NCBI GenBank assembly: GCA_002245135.1
Contig: NGBS01000001.1
Span: forward strand, 248,001 to 312,000
Length of the DNA: 64,000 nt
Direction: 5' to 3'
From: Proteromonas lacertae
Lineage: Eukaryota
In this document: positions 11,170 to 27,300 of the stretch, in pieces
Position numbering within the stretch: the stretch's first letter is position 1
How the letters are laid out: each line of letters begins with the position of its first letter
The notes under the pieces: model-generated
Database searches by the model: none
What the model was told of the DNA's origin: nothing
What the model saw: only the letters and a program-made list of their open reading frames with translations
Position numbers and translations under genes: made by a program

Positions 11170-13559
11170 ATGGAAACAGGTTCAAAAATAATCAATTCCT
11201 TTATTGCAAAATTCAAAGATTCTGATACTCTCAATCTGGACAGTATAGTTTAAATATGTTACTATAATTATAGAATTTGATGCCAATCGAGAAAATTATC
11301 AGATATTTCTGCAATGGTTATTCCAAAAATGCACTCAACAATTTAATTCTCTAAAATTGGCTCTTTATAGTATGTATATATGTAATAATACTATAGTGAT
11401 GTATGATGAAGCAAATGACATACTGAAAGAGTGTTTAAATCTTCCAAAATGTTCAAATTTTAGAAATCTGATTAGTTTTGAATATACATACATATACACC
11501 AAAACCTCATTGGAATTATTCAATGGAATAATAGAGTATTGTATAAATCTGAGAGATTTAAAACTACATGGAAAAGATGATAATAAAAAGATAGATTATT
11601 CAATTCCTACCCTATTTAATCCAAAATTTAGTCATTTGGATAGTTTATCCTATTCAATTGACTATGCTTCATCATTTGTAAATGTAATAAAGAGTTATTT
11701 ATTAAGTGATGCTAGTAAAACATTAACATTTCTTAATATCTTAAGTGGTTCAAATGCAACAAAAGTAGAAGAAATAGCAAAAGGTTTATTAGAAGGAAAA
11801 TGTGAGAATTTATCAATCCTTCGTATAGGTGGAATGAAAAATCCAGAAGAGGTATATAATATAATAGCAAAAGCATTGATGACAAAGAAATATAACAAAT
11901 TAATTGAAATAACACTAAGTGGATCTTGTATTTCTGCATTAAGTTTACATAACGTATTAGAACCATTAATATTAGGATATTGCCCTTTATTAGAGACAAT
12001 GGATTATGGTGGCTTTTCTGAGAATAATTGCTATAATGAATTTATTCCATATTTAGAATCTGATAGATGTAAAAATTTACATACAATTTATGTTAATGGT
12101 GAATGTGCTTATAGTAATTGTATTTGTTTATCATTGTTACATTCATTATTAAGTGGTAAATTAACCAATTTAAAGAGTTTAATATTTTATGGTTGTTCAT
12201 TTGGTGAGAGAGGTTTGAGTGACTTATGGGATGCATGTATGAATTCTTTATGTCCAAATTTAGAAACATTAAAGTTTCAAAGTATAATTCATTTATTTGT
12301 AACAATAAATAGTGATGCATTTATGTTCACCTGATACTTGGAATCCATTTATTACAGTTTTAAAGAATAATAAACTTCCCAATTTTAAACATTTTATTAT
12401 TTTTGGTATTTATATATATTATTTAATTATGTTTATCATGTAGTATGTCATATTTCAATGTTATTATCAAATGTTTTTAGTGAAATATTAAATAATATGA
12501 ATAATATCAAGTTAGAATTATTAGAATTTAAATGTATAATTATATATATATATATATGTATGTATATATATATGATTAGCTTGTACTTTCGAAGATCGTG
12601 AAGCTCAATATATTGGAAATTCATTCGAAACTTCATCATTAACAAGCATTAATACATTGAACTTGTATGGGTGTCATTTGTCACCAAATGGATCTTATAG
12701 AATATTAAAATCATTCTTATCGTTTCATTATAATAAGTTGAAAGTATTAAATTTCAGTGGTAATAATATTGGTGCAAAAGGATGGACTACCTTCTTTTAT
12801 TGTCTTCAGAATAACAGAATTCCTCAATTAGAAGAATTGAATATTGCATGTTGTGATTTATATGAAAATTACTTTTCATCTATTTTATCATATGATATAA
12901 AATTGCAATGCAATAATCTAAAGGCAATTGTGTTTATGGGAAATCCATTAAAATCACTTGGTATTCAATGGTTAAGTGCAGCTATAAGATCTCATTCATT
13001 CCCTAATCTTGAGATTATCAATTTACAGGATTGTTCAATTGCCACGTTAGAAGCATTGATATTGTTTAATTCACTTTCTAGTGAATATGTGAGTAAATTG
13101 AAGTTTCTTAATATTTCTAGTATATAACTGTATATACATGTAATTAATAGATAATCCAATATCTTCAATTGGAATAGTTGAATTGGGATATGCACTAATC
13201 AGAGGTAATTTAAGTTTTCTAGAATCAATTGAAATTGCTTATGTAACAGCTGATTGGGCAGGATTATATCAATTTCTAGAGATATTAGCAACTCACAATT
13301 GCTATAATTTGAATAACTTGAATATTATAGAGAGTATATATACATTATATAATGATTATATATATTGATAGATATATCATCAAAGAATTTTAATATGACA
13401 AAAATTGAAAAGATGAAATTGTATTATGAACAAATAACTAATTCAAGGGTTTTTCCATTCTTAGAATGTGATGAAGATGAAGAAGAAGAAGAAGATGATG
13501 ATGATGATGAAGAAAATGAAGAAATAGAAAAAGAAGATAGTAATGATGATGAATTATAA
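11170..13559 (+). CDS. RI-like leucine-rich-repeat protein with acidic C-terminal tail (multi-exon)
   Basis: ATG at 11170; short GT-AG introns join ORFs in frame; repeats such as LKVLNFSGNNIGAKG and LEIINLQDCSI; ends in a D/E run. Confidence 0.75.
12541..12572. repeat. (TA)n microsatellite inside an intron
   Basis: tatatatata...tgtatatatata within a GT-AG intron of the LRR gene. Confidence 0.7.
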
Positions 13560-13663
13560 TAGTTAAATAAAAAGACTATTTTTCAATTTTGTTTTTTTAT
13601 TATTCATTAAAAAAAAGAATATAATTTACATAAAAATTTATATTTATAAAATAAATAATTTCA

Positions 13664-15452
13664 CTATTTTGATCTACTATTATAAGTATTAGCTTTAGAA
13701 TCTCTCTTTTCTTTCTTTCCTTTAGGCGACATTGCTTGAGCCCATTCATTTCTTACACTCTTTGGCAATCTCAACTCCAACAACTCCTGATATTCTTTAG
13801 TATATTCAATATTCTCATCTAAACAATTCTATACAACAATAATAATTAATATATACACAAAAATCATCAAAATATATAACAACACCTTCTTCATTATTGC
13901 ACAGTTTATGTTGGAATGTATTTTGTGTCAGTTTCTCCATTACTTCTCTCTCTATGTCAGTTATACATAATAACGATGAAATATCATATAAGTCATCTTC
14001 AATAATATAACCAGCTCTATTAATATCAAAGAAATCAAAAATAGCTTTCAATTTATCAACTATAGTTTCAGTTGGATTTCTAAGACATCTTAAACATGAT
14101 ATTAATATTCTTATATCCACAACATCAGTTAGATAAATATCAAAACTACTGTATATTTGATTTACTTTCTTGGGTGAGATATCATTACCAAAATCTAACA
14201 CTAAACACTCCATAAATTGTTCTCTTGATATGAGATTCAATGTTCCTGTTTCCATTGCATAATTACATAAATCGTTATACAAAGTGACTAAATCTTCATC
14301 ATCAGATTCACGATCTATTTATAATAATTTAAATATAATATAATATACGTTTTGGTAGTCTTAATGTATGATGAAGTGATTCAAGTCTTTCCCATCTCAA
14401 TAATTCTCTTCTTTCTCTATTCGAGTGTTGTTCTTTTATTTCTTTTTCCATTTCTGCTGGTGTTAGACTTTGAGTATTTACAATCTAAATAAATAAATAA
14501 TAAATACATAATTTATACTGTAGTTGCATTTGAGCACTTTGTTCTTTGGAAATTACAATATTTCTGTGGATCAGATGCTTCTAATCTTGGAGATTTCAAT
14601 TGATGACCTGTCAATACTTGCATTGTAGTTCTTCTAAATACATCTTCTTTTAATCTCTTCTTTAATTCATCAAGATCTCTATTTTGTACTTTTAAAGCAC
14701 GAACTAAACGATCACACTATTATATAATAATAATTATTATTATTATACGACAAATGGATGTGGTTCTTTTGGTCTTAGTGGATAAGATCCACTAACATAT
14801 TCACTCTTCTTTGCTGGCCATAATTTGGGACTTCCAGATAAAGGATCTTCATAATCCCAAGCTATATCTTTCTGGTGTAAATAATTGGGTAAACCAATTT
14901 CTGTATCTGTTCTGTTTAGTAAACTCATTGATAATGAACCTCTTAAACCATATCGTACACTTTCTGCAACTTTATTTACTACTGTTTTTGCTGCACTGTT
15001 ATTTCGACCAGCATACCATGGTCCAAATTTGGGTGGTACTTCCATAAATGCTGGATTACTACGCACTGGAGCTATTTATATATTAATAATAACATTCATT
15101 ATACATAAACTCTCATTTGACTTTTCTTTCATTCCTCTTAGCCTTTTTTGTGTTGGTGATAGAGGTCTCTTTGGTGGTGATTTAATTGCACGATTATGAA
15201 CAAGTGGATTTGATGGTGCTGAGTTGTAAAGGGAAGCTAAAGTTCTGCCTCTTGTGACAGTTCTTTCATTGTATAATTCTTCTCTCTTTTTGTCTATATT
15301 TGTAATAATTATATAGATACATTTATCAGACCATAAATACGATCTATTGATAGCATCAAGCAATTTCTGATTAGTTGTTTGTCGTTGACGTTGTTTCTAT
15401 TGCATATATACAAAAAACGTACTAATTGTTGATGTATAGCTGCTTCATCCAT
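13664..15452 (-). CDS. EF-hand (calcineurin B/recoverin-like) domain protein with long N-terminal extension (multi-exon)
   Basis: ATG at 15452; GT-AG introns; KLKAIFDFFDINRAGYIIEDDL EF-hand; TAG at 13664-13666. Confidence 0.65.
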
Positions 15453-15531
15453 GTGAAAAAAGAAAAACTAATTAAAAACGAACAAATCAAATCAAGCTTT
15501 TATTTCAAATAAGAATTGAAAATAAATCAAA

Positions 15532-15925
15532 ATGACCAAGAAGAAGGGTATGAAAAAAGTAATTAAGAAGGTGAAGGAGCATGTTGCAGTTGTATTTGAT
15601 TGTCCATTTTGTAGTCATTCCGAAACAGTACAATGTAAGATGTATGTTTATTGAAATGCTATATTTTTAGGAACAGGAAAGAGAAAAATGGTGAACTAGT
15701 GTGTAGGGTATGTAATCAACGGTATCAAGCAACGATTACAAGTATTAAATAAGTGTTGTTATAATCGAAATAGATCTGACAGAACCTATTGATTTGTACT
15801 ACAAGTGGACTGAAGCACTTATAAATTTGAATGAAGGTGAAGGAAATTCTGATGATGATGGAAGAGAAGATGATTATGGTGGAGATAAAGCAGATTCAGA
15901 CGAAGAGAATGAAGAAGAAGATTAA
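15532..15925 (+). CDS. ELF1: Transcription elongation factor Elf1/ELOF1 (3 exons; absent from the ORF track)
   Basis: Spliced translation MTKKKGMKK...FDCPFCSHSETVQCKM...CRVCNQRYQATITNLTEPIDLYYKW plus an acidic tail. Confidence 0.92.
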
Positions 15926-16131
15926 TAATTCGTTAACATATCTTACATCGATATTTATTTTCTATTTTCTATTTTGTTAAGAAGAATAAAGTTTTGAAAT
16001 AACATAATTAATGATAATTTCTTGAAAATTGAGGTTATAAAAACAAAAAAGGAGATTTTGAAGAAGAAAAAATAAAAAAATCTTAAGACACAAGCTTTGC
16101 TTGAAACGATATTTATATCTCACTTTTTATC

Positions 16132-17401
16132 ATGTTATCTGTTGTATCAATTATTATTTTATTATAATAGGGAAGAAGATTATTCTCAAGTAATGTAGCA
16201 AATGCTATAAAAACACCACTTTATGCACTTCATCAAGAAATGAAGGGTAAGATGGTTGAATTCGCTGGATATGCATTACCTGAACAATATGAAGGATTAG
16301 GAATTACAAAAGAACATATGGCTGTTCGTGCACCAAATGGAGCTGGTATTTTCGATGTGTCACATATGGGTCAAATTAGATGGCATGGTAAAGACAGATA
16401 TGAATTTATTGAATCACTTGTAGTTGGTGATATTAGAAGTTTAGGTGAAGGAGAAGCAAAATTGAGTGTAATTACCAACGAACAAGGTGGTATCATTGAT
16501 GATACTGTTATTACTAATGCTGGTGATTATATCTACGAAGTTATCAATGGTGCTACTAAATTCGGTGATATGAAACACTTTGACAAACACATTGAAGAAT
16601 TCAGAAAGAAAGGTAAAGATGTCTCCTATGAATATGTCCAAGATGAAGCTTTAATAGCATTACAAGGAAAAGGAGCTTATAAACTTTTACAACCATTGTT
16701 AGATTCAGTCGATTTATCTAAATTATCATTCATGCATGGTTTAGATACTAAAGTATGTAATGTCCCATGCAGAGTCACAAGATGTGGTTATACTGGTGAA
16801 GATGGTTTCGAAATCTCAATCCCAGAGAAAGAGTCTATTGGCATTACCAAGAAATTATTTGATGCTGGAGCTGTACCATGTGGTTTAGGTTGTAGAGATA
16901 GTTTGAGATTGGAAGCTGGATTGTGTTTATATGGAAGTGATATGGACGACACTATAGATCCAATGAGTGCTGGTTTGTGGTGGTGTTTCAGTAAGAACAG
17001 AAGAGATAAAGGTGGATTTGTTGGATATGAAAATGTAATGAGAAGAGTATATTATAATTATTTATTTTATCTAATAGTCTAAGGCTTGGACTGAAAAGAG
17101 AGTAGGTATGGGATTTGCTAAAGCTTGTCCAATTCCAAGACATGGATCAATTGTATATAACACTGATGGTAGTAAGATTGGTCATATTACAAGTGGTACA
17201 TTCAGTCCAGTGTATTTATTAATTGTTATTTTTTTTATTATTTTATGAAATAGGTTACGTAAGCCAGTGACAATGGGATATGTTGCTAAAGGTTATCATA
17301 AGAATGGAACCAATGTTTTAATTGAAGTCAGAGGAAAGAAATACCCAGCCACAGTTCAAAAAGTTCCATTTGTACCAACTACATATTATAGAGCCAATTA
17401 A
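16132..17401 (+). CDS. GCVT: Glycine cleavage system T protein (aminomethyltransferase) with mitochondrial-type presequence
   Basis: MLSVGRRLFSS N-terminus after splicing; FDVSHMGQ, RCGYTGEDGFE, GLGCRDSLRLEAGLCLYG; C-terminus PFVPTTYYRAN. Confidence 0.96.
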
Positions 17402-17549
17402 AGCTTTTGAATATGGTAACATGACAATGTAATTATGATATTTGTTGTTTATTGGTTGAAAAAAAGAATTGTAAACATTTAACAAATGTAAAACAAAATA
17501 ATAAAAGCTTGACTTTTATTTGACTTACTTTATTCTTTTTTTCGTTTTT

Positions 17550-18999
17550 ATGGAAGCAATATATCTTTTTTTAAATGAAGCAATATGTTTGCTTAATTAT
17601 TTTAATCACTGCTGTTTGTGTGGAGTAGCAACAAAGCCTTATAAAGGTGGAATGTGCTTAGATTGTCTTAGAAAAGAAATTGATATCAAAGAGGGAATAC
17701 CTACACAGTATGATGTGATATTTTGCCCAGACTGCAATAAATATCTAACAATAACTAAGACTTATGTGTATGTTGAAAGAGAGTCAGTAGAGATGATGGG
17801 ATTGTTGCTCAAATATCTTAGAAAAACTAGTGACATTGAGTTGAAAGATGCATCATTTATATACACTGAACCTCATTCCCGAAGAATAAAAATCAAGATA
17901 GTTATTCAAAAAACTACGGAAGAAGGACTAATTATCCAAGATAACATGGTAATTGAATTTAAAGAAATACCTAGGATGTGTGTACCATGTCAAAAGATTC
18001 AAACTGGAACAGATCATGAAGCAATTGTTCAAATTAGACAAAGAGTAAAACATAAGAAGACTCTGTTATATTTAGAACAATTAATATTACACAATTATTG
18101 TAAACATAACACTGTCACTTGTGAAACAGTAGCAGGAGGAATGGATTTTTACTTTGCAACTTTAGTTCAAGCAAATATATTTGCTTCTTTTGTTACACAT
18201 TCAGTACCATGCAAATCAAATACTGCTAGACAATATAAATCTATAGATGTTCGTAGTAATATTGAATCATGGGAAACTACAATATGTTTAACAGTTCCAG
18301 ATGTTTGCAAAGTATTTTTATATATATCTTTCTATTTTCTTATTATTGTTATTAGAATGATTTATGTGTTTTGGATAAAAGTCAATATAATATGTTAAAA
18401 CAGTTAGGAAACGTAGTAATTTGTCATCATATATCTTCTTCACTCCATTTTATAAGTCCATTAAGCGGCGAAAAAGCTGTAGTGACAATGGAAATTTTCA
18501 ATAAAAATCCAATTCAACCTACTTACACATCTGATTTAATGTCTGAATTTATAGTAATAGAAATAGATAAACCATATGTAACTGTATGTAGAGATAGTGA
18601 TTTTGGTGTGAATGATGATAAGTATACAACTAAAACATTTTTATGTGATTATTTAACTGAAGGTGATATTGTAATAGGATATTTCGTTAAATCAATGATG
18701 ATGGGTGATAATTATCAATCCTGTACTGTATATATTGCTCTATTATTATTTTTATATTAGAAAGAAGAATTTCAAGATGTATATTTAGTGAAGAAGAAGG
18801 TTGAAAAAAGAAAACATACTGAGAATAAGAAATTTGATCATTTAAAGACAAAATCTCAACCATATATCTTTTTTATTATTGTTATTTACATATAATTATG
18901 TCTACTTAATACAATATAATGGGTGAAAAAGGAGATATGGAAGTATTATTGGATGATTTAGAAGATGATGAAATGATGAGAACTGCAATTCAATCTTAG
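17550..18999 (+). CDS. NMD3: 60S ribosomal export adaptor NMD3 (two U12-type and two GT-AG introns)
   Basis: CCLCG...MCLDCLR, FCPDC, DASFIYTEPHSRRIKIK, EAIVQIRQRVKHKKTLLYLEQLIL, GGMDFYF, DVYLVKK, LLDDLEDDEMMR. Confidence 0.93.
17561..17605 (+). other. Putative U12-type intron, AT-AA, 45 nt (NMD3)
   Basis: 5' ATATCTTT, branch-like GCTTAAT, ends TAA. Removal gives MEAIHCCLCG. It is in frame with no stop, so the frame does not require it. Confidence 0.6.
18864..18919 (+). other. U12-type intron, AT-AA, 56 nt (NMD3)
   Basis: 5' ATATCTTT, branch-like ACTTAAT, ends TAA. Removal joins KSQPL-GEKGDMEVLLDDLEDDE. No GT-AG alternative found. Confidence 0.8.
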
Positions 19000-19104
19000 C
19001 ATATTAATTATTATTATTATTATCTGTTTATTGGATTAAAACAAAACTAACACATACAACATCAACAATTTGGTAATAAAGATAAGAAATTACAATTAAA
19101 AAAA

Positions 19105-20398
19105 TTAATACATATTAGCTACAGTAATATCACCACATATATTTTCAAAGCATAGAATTGGATGTCCGTCTGGTGTTGAAATTGTATAACATTTAGAAAT
19201 AAACTCAGTTAACATTCCTTGTAGATTTGGTGTATCAGTGTTTACTGGTTCAGATAATTCAATAATAATCTTTGAAATAGTGGAAGAAATAGGTGAATAT
19301 ATTTGGAATAATAACATAGGAGATGGTGCTTGTGGTGGTGGTCCAATAAGGTAAATACTCATTTGGAATACTTCATTTGTTGGTGGCAATATAACATCTT
19401 TAGAAACTAATTCAATTTTCCAGAATCTTGCACCAATAAACTTTGATTTATCTCTCTTTCCAGTCTTTGCTATTGATTCAGTGAATTTGGCTAAGGTTTG
19501 TCTTTGGTTATTGAGTTCTTCTTCTTCTTCTGGTGATATTTTAATACCAAATGGACTAGCTACTGTTTTATCCATATATTCTGTCCTTCCTCTTGGTTTC
19601 CACTTTAATACAGGAATAAATTTATTACTTCTTATCATATCATCTGTTAATTGTTGTTGAACTTCTTTCTCAGTATCTAATACTTTAACAGCACTTACTA
19701 AACGTTCTAACATTGCTTCATTCACTAATAAATTGAAACAACCATCCTTTGGTATTAATAATCGATTATCACTGAAGTTCAACAGTGTTCTTTTCATAAA
19801 CATTTTGGCATTTTTGGATGAGAATACTTTCGCATCTTGGTTTATCTTGAATAAGTAGTTTTTATGTTCCCATATAAATGGTTGTGGTTTCCACATTAAT
19901 TGACGCCAATGAACTATTTCTTCGATTATTCTTAAGGTAATTAATCTATATTTTTCTAATAGTTGCATTGTTTTCTATAATATAAGAATAATTTCTATTA
20001 TACACTATCCTGATCTAAACAGCTATTAATCTGTAATTTCAAGTTGTACAAATAATCTTCTCGATGTCTTATTAACTAGACAATAACAAATACAAAAATA
20101 CAAATAAAATATCAACAGTAGCTTGTTTATGATCTTGCAACATTTGGAGCTGATGTTGAACTGCATAAATATTCTCTGGTGTTGCTTCTGTTCCATAAGA
20201 CCTATAAATAGTGAAACTATATCAATACTCCATAAAAGCTTTTATATCACTTTGTGGAATACCAAGCTCTCCCCATAATTGATTAACTTCAATGAGACTT
20301 TGAACATAAAAATCTGGCTGTAGAGTTCGCAGACTATTAGGACCTAAACTGAGATTGAGACTTTGACTTAAAGTCTTTTCGTTGTGAGTAGGCTCCAT
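19105..20398 (-). CDS. Uncharacterized protein (multi-exon)
   Basis: ATG at 20398; three GT-AG introns join into the 287-aa ORF; motif IVHWRQLMWKPQPFIWEHKNYLFKI; no family recognised. Confidence 0.65.
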
Positions 20399-20420
20399 GT
20401 AACGCTATTTTTTGTTTTAA

Positions 20421-22123
<1,703 letters not shown>

Positions 22124-22199
22124 TTTATAATTATTACTTCTAACGCTTTCACCCACAAATACAACATATACATATTACTAATAGTATTTATAATTAAAT

Positions 22200-23400
22200 T
22201 CATCCAAATACAGCAACTCTCCACAATGCCACATCACATACCCTCTGCAATTTACTATTATCAGTTCTTTGGCCAATTACTACATGGAATGGAGCTAATC
22301 TCTCTAAAGCTACTGGAACATGGAAAGTCTTTCTTCTAGATCCACTAATTCTTACTTCTGTTTTATCTTGCAATGATTGAATTAAAATTGTTACATCTTG
22401 CTCATAATCCCACACTCCATCAACTGGTTTTTCTTTATTGTGTCCATTTTCATGACAAACGATGTGCATTGATTTATTTCTACCAGCATCATCTTCTGCA
22501 TATAAATATACACCTATGTATTCCTCTGTTGTTGGATTCCATAAATATACTTCAAAGATAACTCCAAAATTAGGTAAAAAATACCATAAAGTTAAAGAAA
22601 TATAAATATAAATGTGCAATATACAAAAAAATGATATAATATTTAGACGATTCAGAAGATCTATCACTATCAGGCATTGTTCTAATCTTTACTTCAGTTC
22701 TAAGTGCATCATTACCAAAACATTCAGTTGTACACATGGCTCTTCTCTCCATCGGACCTAATATGCTTTTCATTCTTAATGCTGTTCTTGAATCTATTAT
22801 TGTTGGAGATAATGTCATAGGAAAACCTAAATATTTAACAGGAGGCTTTCCTTCATCTAAATGTGTATATGTTTTAATGGGTGCTTCTTTCCAATGACCA
22901 TTAGTAATATTGAAATTTTGGAAATTTTCTTCAAATCGTAAACCACCTAGTGCCCTTTGTATTGCTTCTTTTAAATCATCTACTGAAAAATATTCTGCTT
23001 CAAGGAGTAATTCTTGAAGTTCTCTTTTTGACTCAGGGAGGATAATTTTTAAAGTTCTTAAATAATTAAGTATATATCTGAAATGAGTGGGATCTCTATC
23101 AAAAAAATATTCTCCTTTATCGTTAGGCTTTGTTAATTCCGATCTTCGCGAAAACATTGCTGCAAACATAGAAGGAGCAGAAGTTAATTTACAGTTAGTT
23201 AAGAAAAAAGCAATAGATAGAATAGTAAAGGATATGTACATCGTCTGGTTTCGAATAAAGTACCACCAATATTTAAAACAATCGAATCTTCTATTAAATA
23301 TAGGTTTCTAATGTATACCATCTGATATAACACTTTCTTCAAAGATTGAAGGATCTTGCATCTTATTTATATGGCAGGCTGTGTCTAATGAAAAAGCCAT
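22200..23400 (-). CDS. KCTD-type BTB/POZ (T1) domain protein (one GT-AG and two U12-type introns)
   Basis: Spliced VLNIGGTLFETRRCTLTSAPSMFAAMFS...YFFDRDPTHFRYILNYLR...LLLEAEYF. Confidence 0.88.
22574..22637 (-). other. U12-type intron, AT-AC, 64 nt (KCTD gene)
   Basis: 5' ATATCATT, branch TCTTTAAC, ends TTTTTTAC. Removal joins SSKY-SNFGVIFEV in frame. Confidence 0.75.
23189..23235 (-). other. U12-type intron, AT-AA, 47 nt (KCTD gene)
   Basis: Consensus U12 donor ATATCCTT, branch TTCTTAAC, ends TGTAA. Removal restores the BTB motif ETRRCTLT. The upstream AC acceptor would give a stop. Confidence 0.9.
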
Positions 23401-23804
23401 TTAAACGACTTTGGCTTGATACTTTCAAACTTTTTTTTTGAAATTTTTGATATTCTACATCAGGTTATTGTATAGCGAAGATAATCATAAAATGTATGGT
23501 ATTATCGTTATAAACTGAATATACTAAATTTTAAGTGTATTATAATGTGTAGTGTTCATTTTTGTAATTTTAACCATTTAAAATTAAATAAATGAAAATG
23601 AAATTACAAAATAAAATACATCAAATAATATGTAGATGATCAATAAACTATGTGTATTTTATATAATTATTGTAGAGAAGAGTTTTTGCATGATATACAT
23701 TGTTTCAATACGTAACAAGTATTTTTATCATTATACTATCGTTATTTAAAAAGATATAAAATTAAAAAAGCTTGATCACACTCAAACGGTTTTATCTTCT
23801 CGGA

Positions 23805-24243
23805 ATGAATTTCTTAAAAGTTAGCCTCAGAACTGCAGCAAGAACACCATTAATAAAACAAAATATCATTAGAAATGCTACTACTCATACAGGTATTATA
23901 TTTTGATTTAATTTCGTGTTAGTAAAGATGATACCTTTGAACATCATCCAATCAGATGAAACAACACAAGTTTATCATGCTAAAGAAGGTCAAACTTTTC
24001 TTGAATTTGCAAGAGATAATGAGATTGATTTAGAAGGTGCTTGTGGAGGTGAATGTTCATGTTCTACTTGTCATATTGTACTTCCCAAGGAATTGTACAA
24101 AAGATTAGGTAAAATATCTGATGATGAGATGGAAATGTTAGAATTTGTATTACATCGAGAAAAGTATTCGAGATTAGGATGTCCAAGTTCGTATAACAGG
24201 TGAAATGGAAAATGAAACTATTAAAATACCACCATGTGTGTAA
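23805..24243 (+). CDS. FDX: [2Fe-2S] ferredoxin (adrenodoxin type) with presequence; apparent +1 frameshift at 24183-24184
   Basis: GACGGECSCSTCH; SRLGC continues as QVRITGEMENETIKIPP only in the +1 frame; one GT-AG intron. Confidence 0.9.
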
Positions 24244-24383
24244 AAGGAGTATAATTTATTAATTACTTATTGTTATTCATTTATCTTTTATCATTCTAAA
24301 AAATCAACAAAGAAATAATTAAAAACAAAAAAGTACATTAAGAATTATTATAAATGAAACATAAATTTATGAAAATCATCATC

Positions 24384-27300
24384 TTACACTGAGATATCTG
24401 TGTATTCTCCAAAAGAAGCATCATTGTGCTGAGGAGAAGGAACTTTTCTGGAATCCACAGTTTGAGGAGAAAGAGTATTTCTAAAGTTTGATGTAAGAGG
24501 AGATTGGAAAGATCCTATTGTTTGTTCAGTTGAATTACCTTTTATCTCTTGGCTTCCTTTCATTTCCATTTTCTTTTTATTATCTACAAAACTACTAATC
24601 AAACCACTATTTTTACTTTCTTCACCTTTAAATGCTGGTTGTTGAGGTTTTATATCAGCTTCTGGTGCAAATGGAACTTCTTCTTGATTATTTATTTCAT
24701 CTTTTATTGGAGGTATTGAAGTCGATAATGCTTTTCTAGATCTTGGAGTTGATAATGTAGCAACTGAAGGTTTATTATTTGTTTTTACACTTGTTGAATG
24801 ACGATTAAAATGAGAATCTTGTGTAAGAACAAAATCTGATCTTCTTTTTGGTCTTCCTGAGTTTGATCTATTTAATAATAATAATAATAATATATAAATA
24901 CTCTGATACTATATGTGTTTCTTTTACCATATTTGTATTCCAAGTGGTAGTATTCTCATGTCTACCACCAACTACTAATTTTGCATCATTATTATTGAAA
25001 AAGTAATAGATCATTGGTAAATATTGAATTAATATCAATACAATGATACTAAAACATACTCCACTAACTCTAGCTAGCTGTGTAACCTCAATGTTATCTC
25101 CAAAACCAAAATATAAAGCATATAGTATACATGTCATTACACTTAAAAACATAACCGATGCTAATGTTACTATATTCTCTTTAAATTGTGTTTTTAAATT
25201 CCTTGTGGTAAATGAAAAAATAATACACCAAATCATTATATTTGCATAAACAAATAATTGGATTATTAGAAAAACCATATTAATTTCACAATCATATTTC
25301 ACTGTTATTGAATAAATATCATCAGATTCTATTATACTCTCTTTACTCTTCGGCATTACTGATGCTGTCCATATTGTTAAAAATACCACTTGAATAGCTA
25401 AACTGTATAACAATGGTTTTGAAAATGAGAACTTATAATGATGAAATATCTTTGATTTCAAACTATTTAGTCTTTTGGTACTTCCATTATGATCACTTCT
25501 TTTCGATGAAGAACTACTACTATACGCTGGTGATGATGGGATTGTAGCATTTACTAACGATTGAAACTTTAATGATTTTACTAAAAACGTAATTAAAACA
25601 CCACAATTACCTAATGAAACAAACCACACTCTTGTTACACAAAGTGCATCATTTTCAGGAGTAATTAATTCAATAATTCCAGTCAATACGAAGAAATAGT
25701 ATATTAACATCGTTATATTGATAGATATTAAACTGTACTGTTTAACAATTTGAAGATTTCTGTAACGAAGTGAGAATATCCAAGCTAATGTAATAACAAT
25801 AAAAGCAGTCACAATAAATATAATATTCACTATAAAAACACTTTTCTTTTCAGTAGCTTTCACTTTCTCTGGACCATAATAATTATCATTGATTAATGAA
25901 ATACTAACATTATTTTCATCAGCTATTCTTGGATAGACATGAACATTGATTGTACTATCTTGAATCTCAAACAAATACGATTTTCTATTTAAATTGTGAT
26001 TATAATCAATTGATAATTCACCTGTTAAACCTGAATATGTATGATAGAATATTGTCGCTAAAAACATTTCAGTTGTAACGACTTCATCCACATTACCACC
26101 AATCATATTCAAATCATATAAATAATTTTCAGATATAAAATGCAAAGCAATATTATTATTATCCATAAAATGAGTAATTGGTGTTGTTATAACATTTCTA
26201 ACTAACGACATAAATCCTAAGTTATTAACATTGTTTGAATTAGATATAAAAGATGAGAAAAAATAATCACCAGTTAGTTTCTTAATGTCATTTATCTCAA
26301 ACATATATTCATTGTAATAGAACATAATATGTAAAGGTATTCTCTTAGTTAAACCAACTACTAATTTTACATAATTCACTAAATCCTTTGAATATAATAG
26401 ATTCATCACCATTACATTCTTATTTTTCTCAATTAACTCAATAATTTCACTTGCATATGTTTCATTCATTTCATTAATCTGAATGATTTTTAAGACTGTA
26501 TAATACTTCATGTTTAACTTAAATGCTTTGAATTCTTTTAATAAATTATTACCAAAATCAGTATTATCTACAACTACTAATATTGACTTAGTTTCTCCAT
26601 TACCAAAATAATCTATACATACTTCTAATGATTGATGAAATGTTATGCCAAAACTAATAGTGTTTTTACTACCAAATATTCCATCATTTATTCCTGTATA
26701 CATAAATACTTTATTATATTCAACTGATAACTTATTGATTTTTTCACGACATTGAGGATATAAGCATCCAATTATTATACCAAAATTGTCATATTCAAAA
26801 AAGTTGGTTATGATGTTATTACTATTATTATTATCATTGCTAAACAATTCATCATCATTTGTATAAATATAAAAATAAGGAATAAATAATGTTTCATTAT
26901 TCTGTGAATAAATGTTTATACTATCAAGGAATCTCAATGTTACATAAACATGCGTTCTAGTCGTTTCAATCAAATAATCATATCCTTCATATATTATATT
27001 AACAATAACAAATGAATTCTCTTTCTTTGTTTTTTTCTGTGTCATTTTATTCCATACACAATCCTTTCCATAATATTTTGGATCAAATGATGGATATGCT
27101 GTTGGTACAATTGGTGTAATTGAGGAATCTACATATGTATAAGTACCATTTTCATTCAATTCCAAAATATACACATTTTTACTAACATAATTATTGGGAT
27201 ATAAAATACTATTACCACTTGGTGAATTATACGCTTTCTCATGTAACATTGTTAATATATTATCATAATCATACACTGATACTCGAGATAATGTAGATAT

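Noticed and set aside
18312..18355. Internal ATATCTTT in the NMD3 middle intron as another U12 donor
   Set aside because: A canonical GT-AG splice already restores the frame (VCK-NDLCVL).
24181..24203. Ferredoxin as a pseudogene or a target of C-deletion RNA editing
   Set aside because: One duplicated C, with conserved sequence on both sides. Across genes the extra base varies (A, C, G or T), which fits consensus error.
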